DNA from: Callorhinchus milii
Taxonomy: Eukaryota
NCBI RefSeq assembly: GCF_018977255.1
Contig: NW_024704752.1
Coordinates: forward strand, 8,370,001 to 8,434,000
Direction of reading: 5' to 3'
DNA length: 64,000 nucleotides
The position numbers and the translations under genes are program-made. Below, piece by piece: positions 63,647 to 64,000 of this stretch. A model generated the notes under the pieces. It was given only the letters and a program-made list of their open reading frames with translations, was not told the DNA's origin and did no database searches. The first letter of the stretch is position 1; every line of letters begins with the position of its first letter.

Positions 63647-64000
63647 TTGTAGGACTGCAGACCCGCACTCCAATTCGAACTTAACTTTCACCTACAGTCG
63701 GGATCAATAGTCACTGGAGAGTCAATCCCGTTTATCTAACGCTGTACTCATTTCATTTGCACTCAGAGGTACATTTGCTCGGCAGGTCCTGTCTTTTGTT
63801 AAGACCTGGGGTCTGATTCACTGATAACCTGTTTGCCCTTTCACAACTACTTTTTTTTTCCTGATTAATGTATTAATCAGAGTCGGCAGAAATCGCAGCA
63901 CAGAGTAACTCAGATAGTCAGAATGTGGGGAGAGAGGATGCAGATCTGTCTGCTTCATGGATGTGTGTGTAGGGGAGTCAGATTTTGTCCACTGAGGAGA

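Noticed and set aside
1-64000. CRISPR arrays, operons or other prokaryotic systems
   Set aside because: This is eukaryotic exon-intron DNA. The recurring motifs are dispersed SINE/LINE tails, not regularly spaced repeats.

Overview
Vertebrate genomic DNA, probably from a cartilaginous fish and most likely a holocephalan such as Callorhinchus; this is inferred from the repeat content and not confirmed. The window holds the 5' part of one minus-strand gene, MEGF6 (multiple EGF-like domains 6). I assembled 15 coding exons by hand from GT/AG sites and phases. They encode a signal peptide (ATG at 63146), an EMI domain, a run of EGF and calcium-binding EGF modules, an acidic linker and the first C-terminal EGF repeats. 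The gene continues beyond position 1. Intron 4 is 44.5 kb long and hosts a mir-551 hairpin. The main anomaly is exon 13, which is 164 bp, one base short of keeping frame, and gives a premature TGA although the exons after it are intact. The introns also carry young tRNA-Ala-derived SINEs that share a 3' stem-loop with L2 LINE copies, older Deu-domain SINEs, LF-SINE-like relics, CR1 fragments, an unexplained 107-bp inverted repeat and candidate conserved non-coding elements. Most ORFs in the supplied track are spurious. I found no convincing wholly new multi-gene system.
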